Virus record (IMG/VR): IMGVR_UViG_2526164628_000018
Length of the DNA stretch: 7,463 nucleotides
Source of the DNA: a virus
Taxonomy: Duplodnaviria > Heunggongvirae > Uroviricota > Caudoviricetes
Reading direction: 5' to 3' (one strand)
The notes beneath the pieces were generated by a model, which saw only the letters and a program-made list of their open reading frames with translations, did no database searches and was not told the origin of the DNA. A program made the translations under genes and the position numbers. Numbering within the stretch: position 1 is the first letter of the stretch; every line of letters begins with the position of its first letter. This document shows positions 7,164 to 7,463 of this stretch, in pieces.

Positions 7164-7463
7164 TGATCCTACCCACGTAATATGGACACAGGCCTAAGCG
7201 AGGTTCTGGTTTTCAAATTGTTCCGGACTGAGGCCGCCACACCAACTGTGCCGCCGCCACCGATTGTAATCACATTCGATATAATTAAACACCGTTGCCC
7301 GCATTATTTCCCGGCTGATAAAGTGTTCTCCATGGATACATTCCACTTTCAGCGAATGAAAGAAGCTTTCCACGCAGGCATTATCGTAGCAGCAACCTTT
7401 TGCGCTCATACTTCCACGCAGATTATGCCGCTTCAGTTGCGCCTGATAATCTGCTGAACAGTA
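7164..7463 (-). mobile_element. IS3-family insertion sequence, right-end portion (terminus at 7164, extends beyond the window)
   Basis: The terminal sequence TGATCCTACCCACGTAATATGGACACAGGCC begins with the 5'-TG of IS3-family inverted repeats. The 3' end of the transposase gene lies about 30 bp inside the terminus. Likely IS3 itself, from memory. Confidence 0.85.
7194..7463 (-). CDS. IS3-family transposase OrfB (DDE/rve integrase core), C-terminal part only; 5' end beyond the window
   Basis: The minus-strand frame is open to the window edge, so the track ORF starting MSAKGCC is only the part after an internal Met. It reads ...[48 protein letters not shown]...[20 protein letters not shown], the conserved C-terminal region of IS3 OrfB (InsF-like). 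Confidence 0.85.
   Translation of the reverse strand, partial: YCSADYQAQLKRHNLRGSMSAKGCCYDNACVESFFHSLKVECIHGEHFISREIMRATVFNYIECDYNRWRRHSWCGGLSPEQFENQNLA

Noticed and set aside
7182-7457. Plus-strand 91-aa ORF inside the IS element
   Set aside because: Antisense to the IS3 transposase reading frame, with a proline-rich low-complexity translation. The minus-strand frame carries the conserved transposase sequence.
1-7463. CRISPR arrays or other tandem repeat arrays
   Set aside because: No regularly spaced direct repeats are visible anywhere in the window.

Overview
This window is the integrase-proximal arm of a P2-family temperate prophage (Enterobacteriaceae-like), followed by foreign cargo and the edge of an IS3-family element. 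Leftward genes are a tyrosine integrase (1-981) and a C-type immunity repressor (1051-1344). A face-to-face switch region (1345-1480) leads into a rightward, translationally coupled early operon: cox, a small basic ORF, replication gene B, three small ORFs including a TraR/DksA-type zinc finger, and the rolling-circle initiator A (3499-5775). Downstream of A, where P2-like phages carry variable cargo, lies a lower-G+C module: a complete C5-cytosine DNA methyltransferase (5977-6921) and, 7 bp stop-to-stop on the opposite strand, an open frame that runs straight into an IS3-family terminus at 7164. The most interesting hypothesis is that this is a two-gene methyltransferase-plus-partner system (restriction-modification or another defence module) whose partner was split by the IS insertion. 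All protein identifications rest on motifs, gene order and recalled similarity; no searches were run.
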